Assembly: GCF_037042905.1 (NCBI RefSeq)
Contig: NC_087252.1
Span: 24,554,001-24,618,000, forward strand
Source of the DNA: Lytechinus pictus
Taxonomy: Eukaryota
DNA: 64,000 nt
Direction: 5' to 3'
The notes beneath the pieces are model-generated. The model had not been told where the DNA came from and made no database searches. It worked only from the letters and a program-made list of their open reading frames with translations. Below, piece by piece: positions 39,101 to 50,225 of this stretch. Numbering within the stretch: the stretch's first letter is position 1; every line of letters begins with the position of its first letter. The position numbers were made by a program, and so were the translations under genes.

Positions 39101-42100
39101 AAAATACTGAATGAAATATATTTGTGTGTTCTGCATTTCCTTTTTTCATGAAGGGAAAACAAGAAATATGATTATTTAAATTCAATTATTCATTGTACAT
39201 TTGAAACAAAATTTTTAAATGAAAGAAATTGTATGTACTGTATTTCTCTGTTTTTTTTTTTTTTTTTCAACAACAAGAATTATGTCTTTCTTAACACTCA
39301 AACATGGTGCATTACTCGTTGACCTCTTTGTAAAATATCCCTCAGGCTTTGCACTGTAACTAACCTTCCTATTTCCTTGTGTATTGTAATCTAGATATAA
39401 GAGGTCACCATTCTAAGAAGAAGGGGAAAGTGAAAGGAATGAAGCAAGATGAGTCGTCTCAAGTTATCTCCTCTCTGAACAGTCTGAACAATCAGTTGCA
39501 GAATGTGATGACTGTGCTGAAACAACGGGAACTCCCGAATGCACCCGGTAAGCTGCAGAATGTAGACTGAGCTGTTGTGGCTCAGTGGATAAGTCTCTGC
39601 AATTTGAACCACAAGGTCCGAGGCTCAAATCCCACCGCAGCACTCGCGTTCCTTGGCAAGGTGTTTATCTACATTTGCCACTTTCCATCCAGGTTTAGTA
39701 AATGGGTTCCCGGTAGAAAGGAATTCCTTGAATGCTCGAGCGTTCGATCAGGATAGCCATGCTTAAGCCAGGTTAATAGTATGCAGCACTTAGAGACATT
39801 TGTATTAACCCTAATTCTCCCGGGGGGGGGGGCCATAATGGCCCCCCCCCCTCTACAATTTTTGCGATATATCTGCTGCGCAAAATTTTTTGACCTCGCC
39901 GCTCACTGACTTTTTACTTTCAAGTCTCGCGCAAATTTTGAGACCAAATTTGTGACGCCCGGGTACGCGGTTACGACATTACGCAACATTATGTAAGTGC
40001 ATGTCAGACCCATAATTGCTCATAAATGTGATTTCATGCACAAATCCAATGCAAATTGTGTATTTGGCCAAAATTCATAAATGTATCATTATTTCTACTT
40101 TTACTGATTAAACTTAATTAATTTTGCCTTGTTTATGATCAGAATTAAGTCTGGAACGATTTCCATCGAAAAAACAATAAAAAAACAAAAAGTAAAAAAA
40201 CAAGGAAATACATAAGAAATTAAAAAAACAATAAAATACATAAGAAATCGGTCTTGGTACCAGAATTTTTTTCATTCACAATTGTTAGGAATGCTATAAA
40301 AAATATTTTCACCCAAAAAATGGCATTCTAGGAGCTTTATTTAGTGAATCAGAGCAAAAAGTATGATTTCATGAATAAATTAGCATAATTAATTCATATA
40401 AAATAAAAATATATGAATTAAGTGAAATTTACCAATGCAACGGCGTAGATTACGTCATTCTCTACCATCATGCAAATTTTCGTTGTGATCGCGCAATCCA
40501 TGGCTGAGATCTTAAGGGGGGGCCATAATGCCCCCCCCCCCGGGAATGACAAGAATCAAAATACCCCGGGAGATTGAGGGTTAAGAGCTATATTAATGTT
40601 GCATATTATTATTAAGCAAATTAATTAAAAAATGGTTGCTTTGAATTTTTCATGGAAGTACCATGTAAATAACAGCCTTCTTTGATGGTCTACCAGCATA
40701 GCAAATACATGAGGGTGGCAGGCAATCTCGCCCCCCCCCCCCCCCTGACAGCCCTAATCGCCCCTAAAATTCTCCGAAAATGCATGCTTCGGGGTGACCG
40801 TTCTTTCTAGAGTCACCCCAAGATCTCTCACACACAATATTCAAGATTATTTAGAAAATCAATACTCTGACTAACCTTGGCAGAGTAACAATATTTGCTT
40901 TTACTGCATAATTGCTTGTTGCCCCTAAAATGAAAGAAATAGCCCCCAAAATTCTGCAATGGCTCTCATGATAGCCCCTAAAAAATAAAAATTATATCCT
41001 ACCCTGTGGTCTATCAAAAGACACAAACAAAATAACGGAAATGAGATTGGGAATGGCCCCACTGAAGTCAATATATTATTGGCCAGGTTCCTAACATTTA
41101 GAACCAGGGCAATAATACATGTACATTGACTTCAATGGGGTTTATTATGTATTCATGAGGTCATATCTCAGGCCCCCATGGACCGATTCCCACCAAATGT
41201 GAGTTGTGGGGGTTTTTTTTATCATGCTCTACCAAAATATGGTATCAAAAACGCTGAAATGCAAAAAGTGAAAATTGATGACGTCACACTTCGGTACTCT
41301 ATAATGTTAGATTGGACAGTTTTGTGAAACATTACCCAGGTTTTGTAGCCACCTATGGAAAGCCATCGACTTCATTCTATAGAAAGGATGTCCTTTCAGT
41401 TTGGTTTGTGAATGAATACTCATGCATGCATCATAGTATTGACCAATCAGTGTACTCTTCTTTGTTTCTCTATAGATAGAGTGTATGGTCCGTATTCTAA
41501 AGTCGGGTTTAAGTTAAACCTTGGTCTAACTCTGTGCTAAAATAATGGGGAGCCAAAAATTCAAAAATTCTGTTTATATTGTATATTTCTTATGTTTACT
41601 ATTTTGTGTCCTTTTGCTTTCCTAATGAAGAGAAATCCTTCAGTTATCATTCCCAGACAATTACAAACAATTTGAGTGTCAAATGAGTTAATAAATGGGA
41701 TGTGTACTGTTAAGGATTTGTGCCCCAAGTGGCTCTCCATACTTAAACCACAACTTTAAACCAGAGTTCAGAATATGGGCCTTCATGTATGTGTCCTAGG
41801 TGTATGATTATGATATCAATGGATTTTCTTATTTGTGATTAATCGGGTCAGTTGTAGCTATTTTTGTGACAGGGTCCCAATATACATGTATTATGTCATT
41901 TGTTTTCTTTCAGGCGGCCCCACACCAGGCTCTTACTCCACCTCTCCTACAGGGGGAATACCTCTTCAGAATGGAGCCCATGTACCGTACTCCCACCCAC
42001 CTCATAAATATGCAAACCCTCATTCATATGCCCCGCCCCCACAATCTGCTTTACCTCGTACTTCGTATGCAGTGCCTTCGACTGGGCCACTCCCTTATCA

Positions 42101-45100
42101 TGGCCCTGCGGGGGCTTATGATTATTCATCAGCTAGTAGGCGTGGCCTAGGAGGGGGCGGGACCGAGAGGCCGTACACGGTAGGAGGGGGCCGGTTGTTT
42201 GATCCGGTCAATCCTCAGTACGGGATGGAGTCTGCTGAGCAAGCCATGGGGCGGAAGTGGAGGAAATATTTTGGAGGTAAGATGTTAATTTGATGCATCA
42301 AACGCCTGTTTCAGAGAGTTGCCTGTTAACGCAACTTTAAAAATCAAGCGCAAGTCCTTAAAACATGTGTTCATTGGTTAAAAATCTAGTTGGCAATTTC
42401 TTGCAACTCTTTCCCATGTAGGCCTGCCATTACTTTTTATTGTTTTGCAATAGAAAATGATTTTTTTTTTTTTTTTAAAGTTTTGATACTAACTTTCATA
42501 TTCTTATCCAAGAATCTGTACACATGTTACCTTTTAAATTAAGCTTTATTAATTGGAAATCCAGAAAAATATCCCATTTCCCCTGCCACCCCCTCTTCCT
42601 ATTTCTTTCTGGAATCCTCTCTCTGCTTTTCTGAATGCATTTCATGACATATAATGTATTTTCAACTGCCTCATGTATTTTGATAAAGTGTGATAAGTCT
42701 TTCTTGCTAAGGCCAGGTTAACAATGCTGCATTATTGAAGAGTCCTTGAAGACCTCTGATAAAGTAATCTGATAAGTGCTATAAAGCGAGTATTCTTTGT
42801 TATTGTGACACTGAACTATTTGTTTGTCATTCTATTTTCATAGATGAGAGGAGAGCGGGTGCTCCAGGTTTTCCAGTAACAGGCAATGAGAAACCGACGT
42901 TTGGGGGCTACATCTCAGCCAGGTATGGTCATCTCATTTTGTGTTTGTTTAATCAAATCCAGCATAAAAAGATTTTTAATCGCCATAACGGTGATGGTGG
43001 TGATGATGATTGTAATGATGATGATGATGCTCGTGGTGGTGATTATTACAATGATGATTATGATGATGATGAGGGTGATGAGGATGATGAGGATGATGGT
43101 GATGATGATGATGATAGTGGTGGTGATGATGATGATGATGATGATTATGGTGATGATGATAATGATGAGGATGATATTGATGATGGTGATTATGATAACA
43201 ATGATCATTGTGACAATGATGATGATGATATTGATGATGATGATGATTATGGTGATGATTATGATATCAATGATGATTGTGACAATGATATTGATGATGA
43301 CGATGATGATGATGAGGATGGTGACGATGATGATGATGAGGATGGTGACGATGATGATTATGGTGATGATTATGATATCAATGATGATTGTGACAATGAT
43401 ATTGATGATGACGATGATGATGATGAGGATGGTGACGATGATGATGATGATGATTATGGTGATGATTATGATATCAATGATGATTGTGACAATGATATTG
43501 ATTATGACGATGATGATGATGAGGATGGTGACGATGATGATGATGATGATGATGATTATGGTGATGATTATGATATCAATGATGATTGTGACAATGATAT
43601 TGATGATGACGATGATGATGATGAGGATGGTGATGAGGGTGACGATGATGATGATGATGATTATGGTGATGATTATGATATCAATGATGATTGTGACAAT
43701 GATATTGATGATGACGATGATGATGATGAGGATGGTGACGATGATGATGATGATGATTATGGTGATGATTATGATATCAATGATGATTGTGACAATGATA
43801 TTGATGATGACGATGGTGATGATGAGGATCGTGACGATGTTGATGATGATGATGATGATGGTGATGTAGATGATGATGATGATGACAATGATTATAATGA
43901 TGATGATGATGACAATGGTTATAAATGATGGTGACGATGATGATGATGATGATGGAGATATGATGAATCTACCTGAATCCAATCTATTGGGATTACAAGA
44001 ATCTGTTTGATGTACTGTACACAAAAACAACTTGAAAATAACAAATTCTTTGCACGATCTGGTCTAAAACAATCACTTTGCATATTGGAACGACAACTTG
44101 TGCAGACCTCCATGTAATTGTATTTTCCACGGTTCCATGACATTTGCTCCGGCGACAATTGCTCCGATGGAAAGTCTGCACATTAAACGAAACATAAAAC
44201 CTAACCTCAAAAACTAAATAAACCCTAATCCTAATCTTTACATTATTCTGAACCAAAAACTCTATTACAATCCTAACTCTAATCCTAAGCCTTCTGAGTT
44301 ATTAAGACCTGAGCAATTGTCGCAGGAGCAAATGTTGTGTCACCATTTTCCACACATACTTTAAAAAAAAAATCACCACTTGCTCCTCAGGGACCAACTG
44401 AGAAGTTTTAGAGATCCTGGCCCAATGACCTCTAGACCTGTTCCTACGTCAACAGACCAAAGCTCAGGAACTCAGAACAGATTGGTTGAGCTCAATGACT
44501 GGTTGAAGAAGCATCGGATGAGTGGGGCGTTGAACGTCGCGGACCTGGAGCCCACCGTGTATCCTTACATGTTCATCAATGATTTGAAATGAACCGAATT
44601 CATTTTGTTCTCAAGTAATAAAATAAGTTTTTACATCCATCTGTATCTATTTGCATTCCATTTCATTTTCAAATCATACAGGGATCTATTTTTACATGTA
44701 ATCGCCTTAATGGACATGTTCATGTGTCCTGGATTTATTTTTTATTATATGCCCGTCTCGACGGGACGTATTATGGTATCACGTTCGATGTCTGTCCGTT
44801 AACTTTTCCTTGTAAACGCGATAACTTCAGTTTAACTTAACCTTTAGGCTCATATAATTTGGTTTCTATGATACTAGCATAGATCTCAGGAATTCTATTG
44901 ATATTGAGGTCAGACAGTCAAAGGTGAAGTCGCCACCTTCCACTTTTCTTGCTTGAACGATATCTCCTTTTTCCGCTTTACAGGCGGGCGTAGTATGTGC
45001 TCGCCTTAGCGACGCTCTTGTTATCAAGTAATGAAATCCGTAATAAATAGTTTTTACATCCATCTGTATCTATTTGCATTCCATTTCATTTTCAAATCAT

Positions 45101-45439
45101 ACAGGGATCTATTTTTAATATCTACATGTGTCTTCCACTTTTCCAACTGCAATCCTAGTAGCAAAACTTCACTATACATGTATTAGATATTAAGAAAATA
45201 TTCTCTATTTTTATTGCAAGTTGTAATCATTTATCTAGATTATGTTTTATACAAAAGCAATATAGACACGCATTATTGATGGTCTTCCTTAATTTGAAGA
45301 AACTCTTAGATCGGGGAGTGAGAGTCGGCGATCAGCGAACAATTCCATCGCGGGGACCAGCTTGGCCAGTCAGAAACCAGCCCAGACCAGGCTTGAGCTG
45401 GACTCCAACAACCAGATAAGAGTTAGAGAAGTCAGGTGA
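10235..45439 (+). CDS. CEP164: Centrosomal protein CEP164 (distal appendage; N-terminal WW domain, long coiled coil); 29 coding exons, about 1438 aa
   Basis: Hand-spliced exons, all GT-AG and phase-compatible: 10235-10298, 13461-13575, 14418-14640, 15198-15320, 16917-17021, 17934-17996, 18890-18967, 19922-20017, 20701-20817, 21444-21592, 22830-23069, 24048-24179, 24701-24872, 26818-26940, 27220-27339, 27995-28117, 28713-28874, 29709-29843, 30467-30639, 31908-32146, 32608-32821, 34502-34718, 35949-36056, 38661-38793, 39395-39547, 41914-42276, 42844-42922, 44391-44558, 45310-45439 (4317 nt, ends TGA). The N-terminus [88 protein letters not shown] matches the CEP164 N-terminal/WW region. C-terminal [17 protein letters not shown] and [11 protein letters not shown] also match CEP164 motifs. 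Minor or alternative exons cannot be excluded. Confidence 0.93.
10317..11252. mobile_element. Non-autonomous DNA transposon with TTAA TSD and GG...CC ends (Kolobok-like)
   Basis: TTAA|GGACGTTCCACAGTTA ... TAACTGTGTAACGTCC|TTAA, a 16-bp TIR with 1 mismatch. Confidence 0.8.
11261..12215 (+). mobile_element. Helentron-associated non-autonomous element (HINE/DINE-1-like), copy 1
   Basis: T-run flanks; subterminal inverted repeat GTCTCACCTGCAT / ATGCAGGTGAGAC; (GGC)n microsatellite; about 5 tandem 160-190-bp units; 3' end GGCATTCCACTTGTT. Confidence 0.75.
14003..14185 (-). mobile_element. SINE 3' part (same family as 31495-31780)
   Basis: Shares the GGGTACCCATTCACCTCACCTGGGTC core and (TTA)n tail. 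Confidence 0.65.
14709..15085. repeat. Three tandem ~125-bp intronic units
   Basis: AAACCTTGAAACCAGTCCTAGCCTGTTCTAATTTTCCTC recurs near 14710, 14839 and 14964. Confidence 0.9.
15870..16830 (-). mobile_element. 5'-truncated L2/CR1-group LINE (RT C-terminus plus 3' tail)
   Basis: ORF 16068-16805 contains [41 protein letters not shown] and PRLWNTLP; (TTA)n tail near 15870. Confidence 0.85.
18122..18663. mobile_element. piggyBac-like MITE
   Basis: TTAA|CCCTAAAAGGACTGGGC ... GCCCAGTCCTTTTAGGG|TTAA, a perfect 17-bp TIR. Confidence 0.85.
18980..19292. repeat. (GAT/GGT)n microsatellite
   Basis: Degenerate GAT tract directly after the CEP164 exon 7 donor. Confidence 0.9.
20820..21400. repeat. (GAT/GGT)n microsatellite
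   Basis: Fills most of CEP164 intron 9. Confidence 0.9.
21925..22905 (+). repeat. 146-bp tandem array made of the intron 10 acceptor plus the first ~75 nt of CEP164 exon 11
   Basis: CAG|GAGAG starts at 21956, 22100, 22246, 22392, 22538, 22684 and the true exon at 22830. Confidence 0.92.
24265..24570 (-). mobile_element. LINE (L2-like) 3' end fragment
   Basis: (TAA)n tail followed by ATTTATGTAGCG and GAATTCCACAG (LWNS on -), like the LINE end at 15870. Confidence 0.5.
24902..25192. mobile_element. Two adjacent palindromic MITEs with GGGCCC-type ends (PIF/Harbinger-like)
   Basis: GGGCCCGTAACACAAA...TTTGTGTTACGAGCCC, then GGCTCCGTAACACAAAG...CTTTGTGTTACGGAGCC. Confidence 0.65.
25598..26385. 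mobile_element. Tc1/mariner-like non-autonomous element (left end only)
   Basis: TA|CAGTGCGTATCAAAAAAAAGT terminus; no matching right TIR seen. Confidence 0.45.
27631..27957. mobile_element. Palindromic MITE (PIF/Harbinger-like)
   Basis: GGGGCCCGTCTTACAAAGAGTT ... AACTCTTTGTAAGACGGGGCCC; the same family occurs at 52056-52535. Confidence 0.75.
29530..29663. mobile_element. Short palindromic MITE
   Basis: GGGGCCCGTTTCAAAAAGGACTTGCAACT ... AGTTGCAAGTCCTTTATGAAACGGGCCCC. Confidence 0.7.
30038..30433. mobile_element. Palindromic MITE
   Basis: GGCCCGAATTCACAAAGATGGTTTTGAAAA ... TTTTCAAAACCACCTTTGTGAATTTGGGTC; the arms pair along most of the length. Confidence 0.7.
31495..31780 (+). mobile_element. 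Full-length tRNA-derived SINE
   Basis: tRNA-like head GTGGTCTAGTGGTTA...GGTTTCAAATCC, core GTGAATGGGTACCCGG, (TTA)n tail. Confidence 0.75.
32935..34150 (-). mobile_element. 5'-truncated Penelope-like retroelement (GIY-YIG C-terminus plus 3' repeat), inserted in a SINE
   Basis: 34148-33945 (-) encodes [17 protein letters not shown]...[18 protein letters not shown]. It is flanked by the duplication TATTATTATTAC (32923-32934 and 34151-34162) inside a minus-strand SINE (about 32869-34330). Confidence 0.8.
33011..33049 (-). ncRNA. Minimal type I hammerhead ribozyme-like motif of the Penelope element
   Basis: GCCU-CCGACGA-A-GAUUCU-gcu-AGGAUC-GAAA-GCUU-AGGC: stem I, core (CCGACGA instead of CUGANGA), stem II, GAAA and palindromic AAGCUU helix III. 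Confidence 0.6.
34640..35760 (+). repeat. Degenerate ~160-bp tandem copies of the 3' end and donor of CEP164 exon 22
   Basis: AGG|GTAAGA recurs at 34888, 35044, 35195, 35248, 35408 and 35575 (degenerate near 35737), after the true donor at 34719. Confidence 0.9.
36387..38505. mobile_element. Non-autonomous TIR transposon, 14-bp TIR, 6-bp TSD (hAT-like ends)
   Basis: CACCAT|CAGAGGTGCCAACC ... GGTTGGCAGCTCTG|CACCAT; the empty site can be reconstructed from the paralogous exon 24 sequence. Confidence 0.8.
39572..40613 (+). mobile_element. tRNA-derived SINE interrupted by a piggyBac-like MITE
   Basis: Head GTGGCTCAGTGGATAAG...TCAAATCCCACC; the tail resumes after 40584. The same family occurs on - at about 54170-54440. 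Confidence 0.7.
39809..40580. mobile_element. piggyBac-like MITE
   Basis: TTAA|CCCTAATTCTCCCGGGG ... CCCCGGGAGATTGAGGG|TTAA; internally similar to 18122-18663. Confidence 0.8.
41487..41781. mobile_element. MITE (family also at 48744-49040)
   Basis: GGTCCGTATTCTAAAGTC ... TTCAGAATATGGGCC; an inverted copy lies at 48744-49040. Confidence 0.65.
42990..43965. repeat. (GAT)n tract with a higher-order ~110-125-bp unit
   Basis: GATTATGGTGATGATTATGATATCAATGATGATTGTGACAATGATATT recurs about 6 times. Confidence 0.92.
44559..45309 (+). other. U12-type (minor spliceosome) GT-AG intron, last intron of CEP164
   Basis: 5' site GTATCCTTAC at 44559; branch motif TTCCTTAAT at 45285-45293, about 17 nt before TAG| at 45309; no polypyrimidine tract. 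Splicing here keeps the frame into the conserved final exon. Confidence 0.88.
44745..45022 (+). mobile_element. Short HINE-like insertion inside the U12 intron
   Basis: Starts TATGCCCGTC and ends GGCGGGCGTAGTATGTGCTCGCCTTAGCGACGCTCTTGTT, a hairpin plus CTTGTT end like the larger HINEs. Confidence 0.5.
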
Positions 45440-48011
45440 TTTGTATGTACCACCTGACACTTCATCATGTGATTGATCACGTGACAACACCATGCAGGTT
45501 TTACCAGTCAAAGGATATCCAGTGAGTCACTCATCACCTGATATTTAAATAATGTTATTGATCATGTGACTACCATGCCAGGTCATAGACATGATGAGAC
45601 ATTGCGTAGCTCGGGTTTTTACCATTCAAAGGATGTCCAGTGCTCACCTGATACCCAGGTCATGTGATTGATCATGTGACTGAACCATTCCTGTGATTCC
45701 AGATCCTATCTTTCATATTGGCCAATCTGTGAATGAAACATGTTTTTTTACAGGGTATGTTGTTTAGAAATGTTCTATTACTCAGAATTTAGAGATGAAT
45801 ATTTATTGATGATAAAAGTGAACATGCCTGAGTCGTATCACTTTGGACCAGAGAAATCTGTTTGATTTACAAGAAATTTGACTCAGAAGAAGTGAATAGC
45901 AAGTGTGTTGCATAATCTGTGCCCCTCATTACAAATGTGAGCAGTTGGTCGTAGGGCTGGTTTTCACACTTGATTACATCCATCACGATGTGCAATCAAG
46001 CACACGAATCAACAGTACGATCGATTGTTAAAGATTTGTGCAACAGGCCCCAGGTCTGGAAAATTGCTTCAACCTCAACAATTATTCTACTTACAGAAGA
46101 TCAACTTAAATATGCAGACCTAACTGTAACCATCTGGATTTTTTGGCCAGTTTATGCTAAAGCAATAGACTTACAACAGAAAATGAATTATGTGCATGTT
46201 ACATGATGTTATACATGAAAATGCTTTGATTTACAGCTTTCTATTTTTATAAATAATTTTCTAACATGAAGGTCATTGCATTTGCAGTTAATTGTTGTCT
46301 GTATTCTATAATGCTATTTAAAGGATGGGGGGGTCTTCACATTTTAAGTTTTTCCCTTTGAAAATATTCAACAATTAACTTTCAGTCGTGAGCCTGCCAA
46401 AAATCAAACACATCTTTCAATCATTTTTTTTTAAATCACTTTACAACACAACTTGGCGTCAAAGGATTGCTCAGAATTTAAAAGCGTACATGCTTGTTTT
46501 GCCTCTAGTTTTTGGTAACTGAATGCATCTCTGATTAACATGAAACTATAAATCAAAGTATTTATACATAAATATGCAATTATTTGAAAGTTTCAATGTA
46601 CTTGTATTTCTTTTTCTTTTTACTGTTGGCTTCATTTCAAAATTTGTCCAATAAGTGTTGTACAGTACATTACCAGATGTGTAGAGTGTACGATGCAGAA
46701 TGGCGGATATGCAATCATTTTGTTTTTTCTTTGCAATTGCAGTGATATTTTCTCCTGTTTGGAGAATAAACATTTATGGTAAATGAAAAGAGAGTTTCGC
46801 ACAAGCATGTAATCTTGGGAGTCCTAACAGTATTATGTGCTTTTTTTCCTCGGGATATTTTCTACCTAGGTTTTGTAAATTGATATTACTTTTTTTTATT
46901 CATGGTCTTGCCAGTTTCTACTCTGTATTCAGTAAAGTAATATTTGAAGTCAAAATGTAATATAGGATTTATATTTGTATATCGTTGTTGAAATAATCAT
47001 TTGTTTTCTTCAATATTTCAAATAATTTGACATGAATGCCATTTTGCTCTATTGGGTTTGTGATTTTTTAAGTAATAGGACTACTAATTAACAAATTCTC
47101 TGAAATATCAATTAAATTTTCTTAAGCTTAAAAGGTATATTTTGTTTAATTACGTGCTGGCTATTAATGTTTTGTAAATGAGAGACACTGAAAGTATTCA
47201 TCAAGAGCAAACAATTGATTTTTGGGGAGTTTTTCACAAAGAGTTAAGTGTGACTTCAAATCACATTTAGGGTGCGTTTATGCGCCACTTTTTTACCATA
47301 GAATGATGATTTGAATCATGATTCTGCAGAATCACGATTGCATTTAGTCAAAAGTGAAAATAGGTCTTTCAAATCACAAACATGAAACATGGAAAAAATT
47401 GGAAATAGGTTTCTGTAGAATCACGAACGAAAAAGGTCGTATAAACGAAATCGTGATTTGAATAATAATTCTATGACGTCACAGGCTTCTTCCGGTTTGA
47501 CTCTTGCCAAGCTCAAGGCATGCGCTATTATATGTGTCACATGCATTTAACTTCATGTTCTGTGTTGGTCATCGCATCATCCACTGCTTTTCTTTTTTTG
47601 TCATGGCTTTAACTTCCAGTTCTAGTTAATGAATTAACTGGACAGACAATGATCTCAATTTGGCAGTCGATGGATTTCTTACTAGTGGGTCTCGCGTGCT
47701 GCGACGCCACTTCTGGCGTCCACAACACACAACTTCTATAGCTTGATTTTTCTGTGCGTGGCGGCATCTACAGTGTAATGAGTAACTATTATCCAGAGTT
47801 GTGAGAGTGCATCTTTTTAGCTAATATCAGCTATTTTTGCTCTTGAATTTCAGCTTAATTTCAGCTTTGTTTAGCTTTCCTTTGTACTGTGGGAGCTCTT
47901 CCAATTTCAGCTTTCTTCAGCTCTTTTAATTTGTGATCACTCACATCCCTACTTATTATACATGCATAAATTTCAGATATTGTCTGCATTGCTTCTGAGT
48001 AACAAACTTAA

Positions 48012-48693
48012 AGGGGAATGAAACCTTTGGAACTAGTAGGCCTGTGTCAAAACAGAAAAATCTAAGAATAAGAACAAAGAAAGTTTGAGAAAAATCGGAC
48101 AAATAATTAGAAAGTTATGAGCATATGAATATTGCAATCACTAATGCCATGGAAAAAATCAAAGAATAAGAACAAAGAAAGTTTGAGAAAAATCGGACAA
48201 ATAATTAGAAAGTTATGAGCATATGAATATTGCAATCACTAATGCCATGGAGATCCTCTCATTGGCAATGCGACAAGGATGTGTGATGTCACATGTGAAC
48301 AACTTTCCCTTTGATGGACTATAAAATACCCCCAAAATGTCTCTTTTTGCGTTTTCTTATGGTGATACAAACTCTTTATCCATGATGTATTCTTTAAAAA
48401 TCTGTATTATATGCCCTCCTATAGAAAGAACACATGATCTACTGATAGATGTGATAAAAGAGGTAGTTTAAGTGAAATATATACTAAAGTAATGGGAAGA
48501 GTTGTTCACAAGTGACATCACACATCTTTGTCACATTGCCAATGTGAGGATCTCCATAGCATTAGTAATCGCAATATTCAAATGCTCATAACTTTCTCAT
48601 TATTTGTCAGATTTTTCTCAAACTTTCGTTGATCTGTTTCTTTGCTTTTTCTGTTTTCACACAAGCTATCTTGTTCCAAAGGTTCATTCTCCT
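48012..48693. mobile_element. TTAA-flanked MITE with AG...CT ends (Kolobok-like), with an internal ~100-bp duplication
   Basis: TTAA|AGGGGAATGAAACCTTTGGAAC ... GTTCCAAAGGTTCATTCTCCT|TTAA. Confidence 0.75.
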
Positions 48694-49129
48694 TTAAAAA
48701 TCTATCAAAATTTTATTCAAGTCCAAGGAAACTCACACCCATTGGCCCGTATTCTGAAGTCAGGTTTAAATTAAACCCTAGTTTAAGGTTGTGGTTTTGC
48801 TATGGAGAGCCCATTGGCCGGGGCACCAATCCCTAACAGTACGCATTCAATTTATTAACTCATACCAAATTGTTCATAATTGTTTGGGAATGATAACTGA
48901 AGTATTTTTCTTATGAAAGCCAAAGGAAACAAAATTGTAAACATAAGAAATATACAATATAAACAGAATTTTTGGCTTCCCATAATTTTAGGACAGAGTT
49001 AGACCGTGGTCTAAGTTAAACCTGACTTCAGAATATGGTCCATTATGATAAAACAGGACAAACTTGGGTATCTCATTTAGCATAACATAAGGACAGGACA
49101 CCATTGCTTGTAAAGTTGTACGTAATTTT

Positions 49130-50225
49130 AACAAGTGGAATGCCTCTGGCGGTCTCACCTGCATCACGCGATTCAATATAGTAGCAGTGCTGACTTTGAA
49201 AACTACTATAACTCGCACAAGATGTTCAGTGATACTTGGTTACTCTTATGTCCACGTTTTATGAATTAGACCAATACACTTACAGAGATATGATGGTAAT
49301 TCAACAAATACCCCCAACATGGCCAAAGTTCATTGACCTTACATGGACTTTGACCTTGAACATGTGACCTAAATCTCGCACAGGATGTTCAGTGATACTT
49401 GATTACTCTTATGTCCAAGTTTTATGAACTAGACCAATATACTTTCAAAGTTATGATGGTAATTTAACAAATACCCCAATTTTGCCAAAGTTCATTGACC
49501 CTAAATGACCTTTGACCTTAATCATGTGACCTGAAACTTGCACAGGATGTTCAGTGATACTTGATTACTATCATGTCCAAGTTTCATGAATCAGATCCAT
49601 AAAATTTCAAAGTTATGATGGTAATTCAACAGATACCCCCATTATGGCCACAGTTCATTGACCTTTGACCTTGGTCATGTGACCTGAAATGTGCACAGGA
49701 TGTTCAGTGATACTTGATTACTCTTATGTCCAAGTTTTATGAACTAGACCAATATACTTTCAAAGTTATGATGGTAATTCAACAGATACCCCCAATTCGG
49801 CCAAAGTTCATTGACCCTAAATGACATTTGACCTTGGTCATGTGATGTGAAACTCATGCAGGATGTTCAGTGATACTTGATTAACCTTATGTCCAAGTTT
49901 CATGAACTAGGTCCATATATTTTCTAAGTTATGATGAAATTTCAAAAACTTAACCTTAGGTTAAGATTTTGATGTTGATTCCCCCAACATGGTCTAAGTT
50001 CATTGACCCTAAATGACCTTTGACCTTGGTCATGTGACATGAAACTCAGGCAGGATGTTCAGTAATACTTGATTAACCTTATGGCCAAGTTTCATGAACT
50101 AGGTCCATATACTTTCTAAGTTATGCTGTCATTTCAAAAACTTAACCTTCGGTTAAGATTTGGTGTTGATGCCGTCGGAAAAGCGGCGCCTATAGTCTCA
50201 CTCTGCTATGCAGGTGAGACAAAAA
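49130..50225 (-). mobile_element. HINE-like element, copy 2
   Basis: Reverse complement of the 11261-12215 family, with a different unit number. Confidence 0.75.

Noticed and set aside
42886..44030. 327-371-aa Met-, Asp- and Ile-rich ORFs (resembling an acidic biomineral protein)
   Set aside because: Three frames of an intronic (GAT)n repeat; the flanking CEP164 exons splice in frame without it.
44557..44592. CEP164 ending at the TGA of ORF 44380-44592, or a U2 donor ACC|GTGTAT
   Set aside because: The U12 donor 2 nt downstream, the branch site and an in-frame conserved last exon explain the sequence better.
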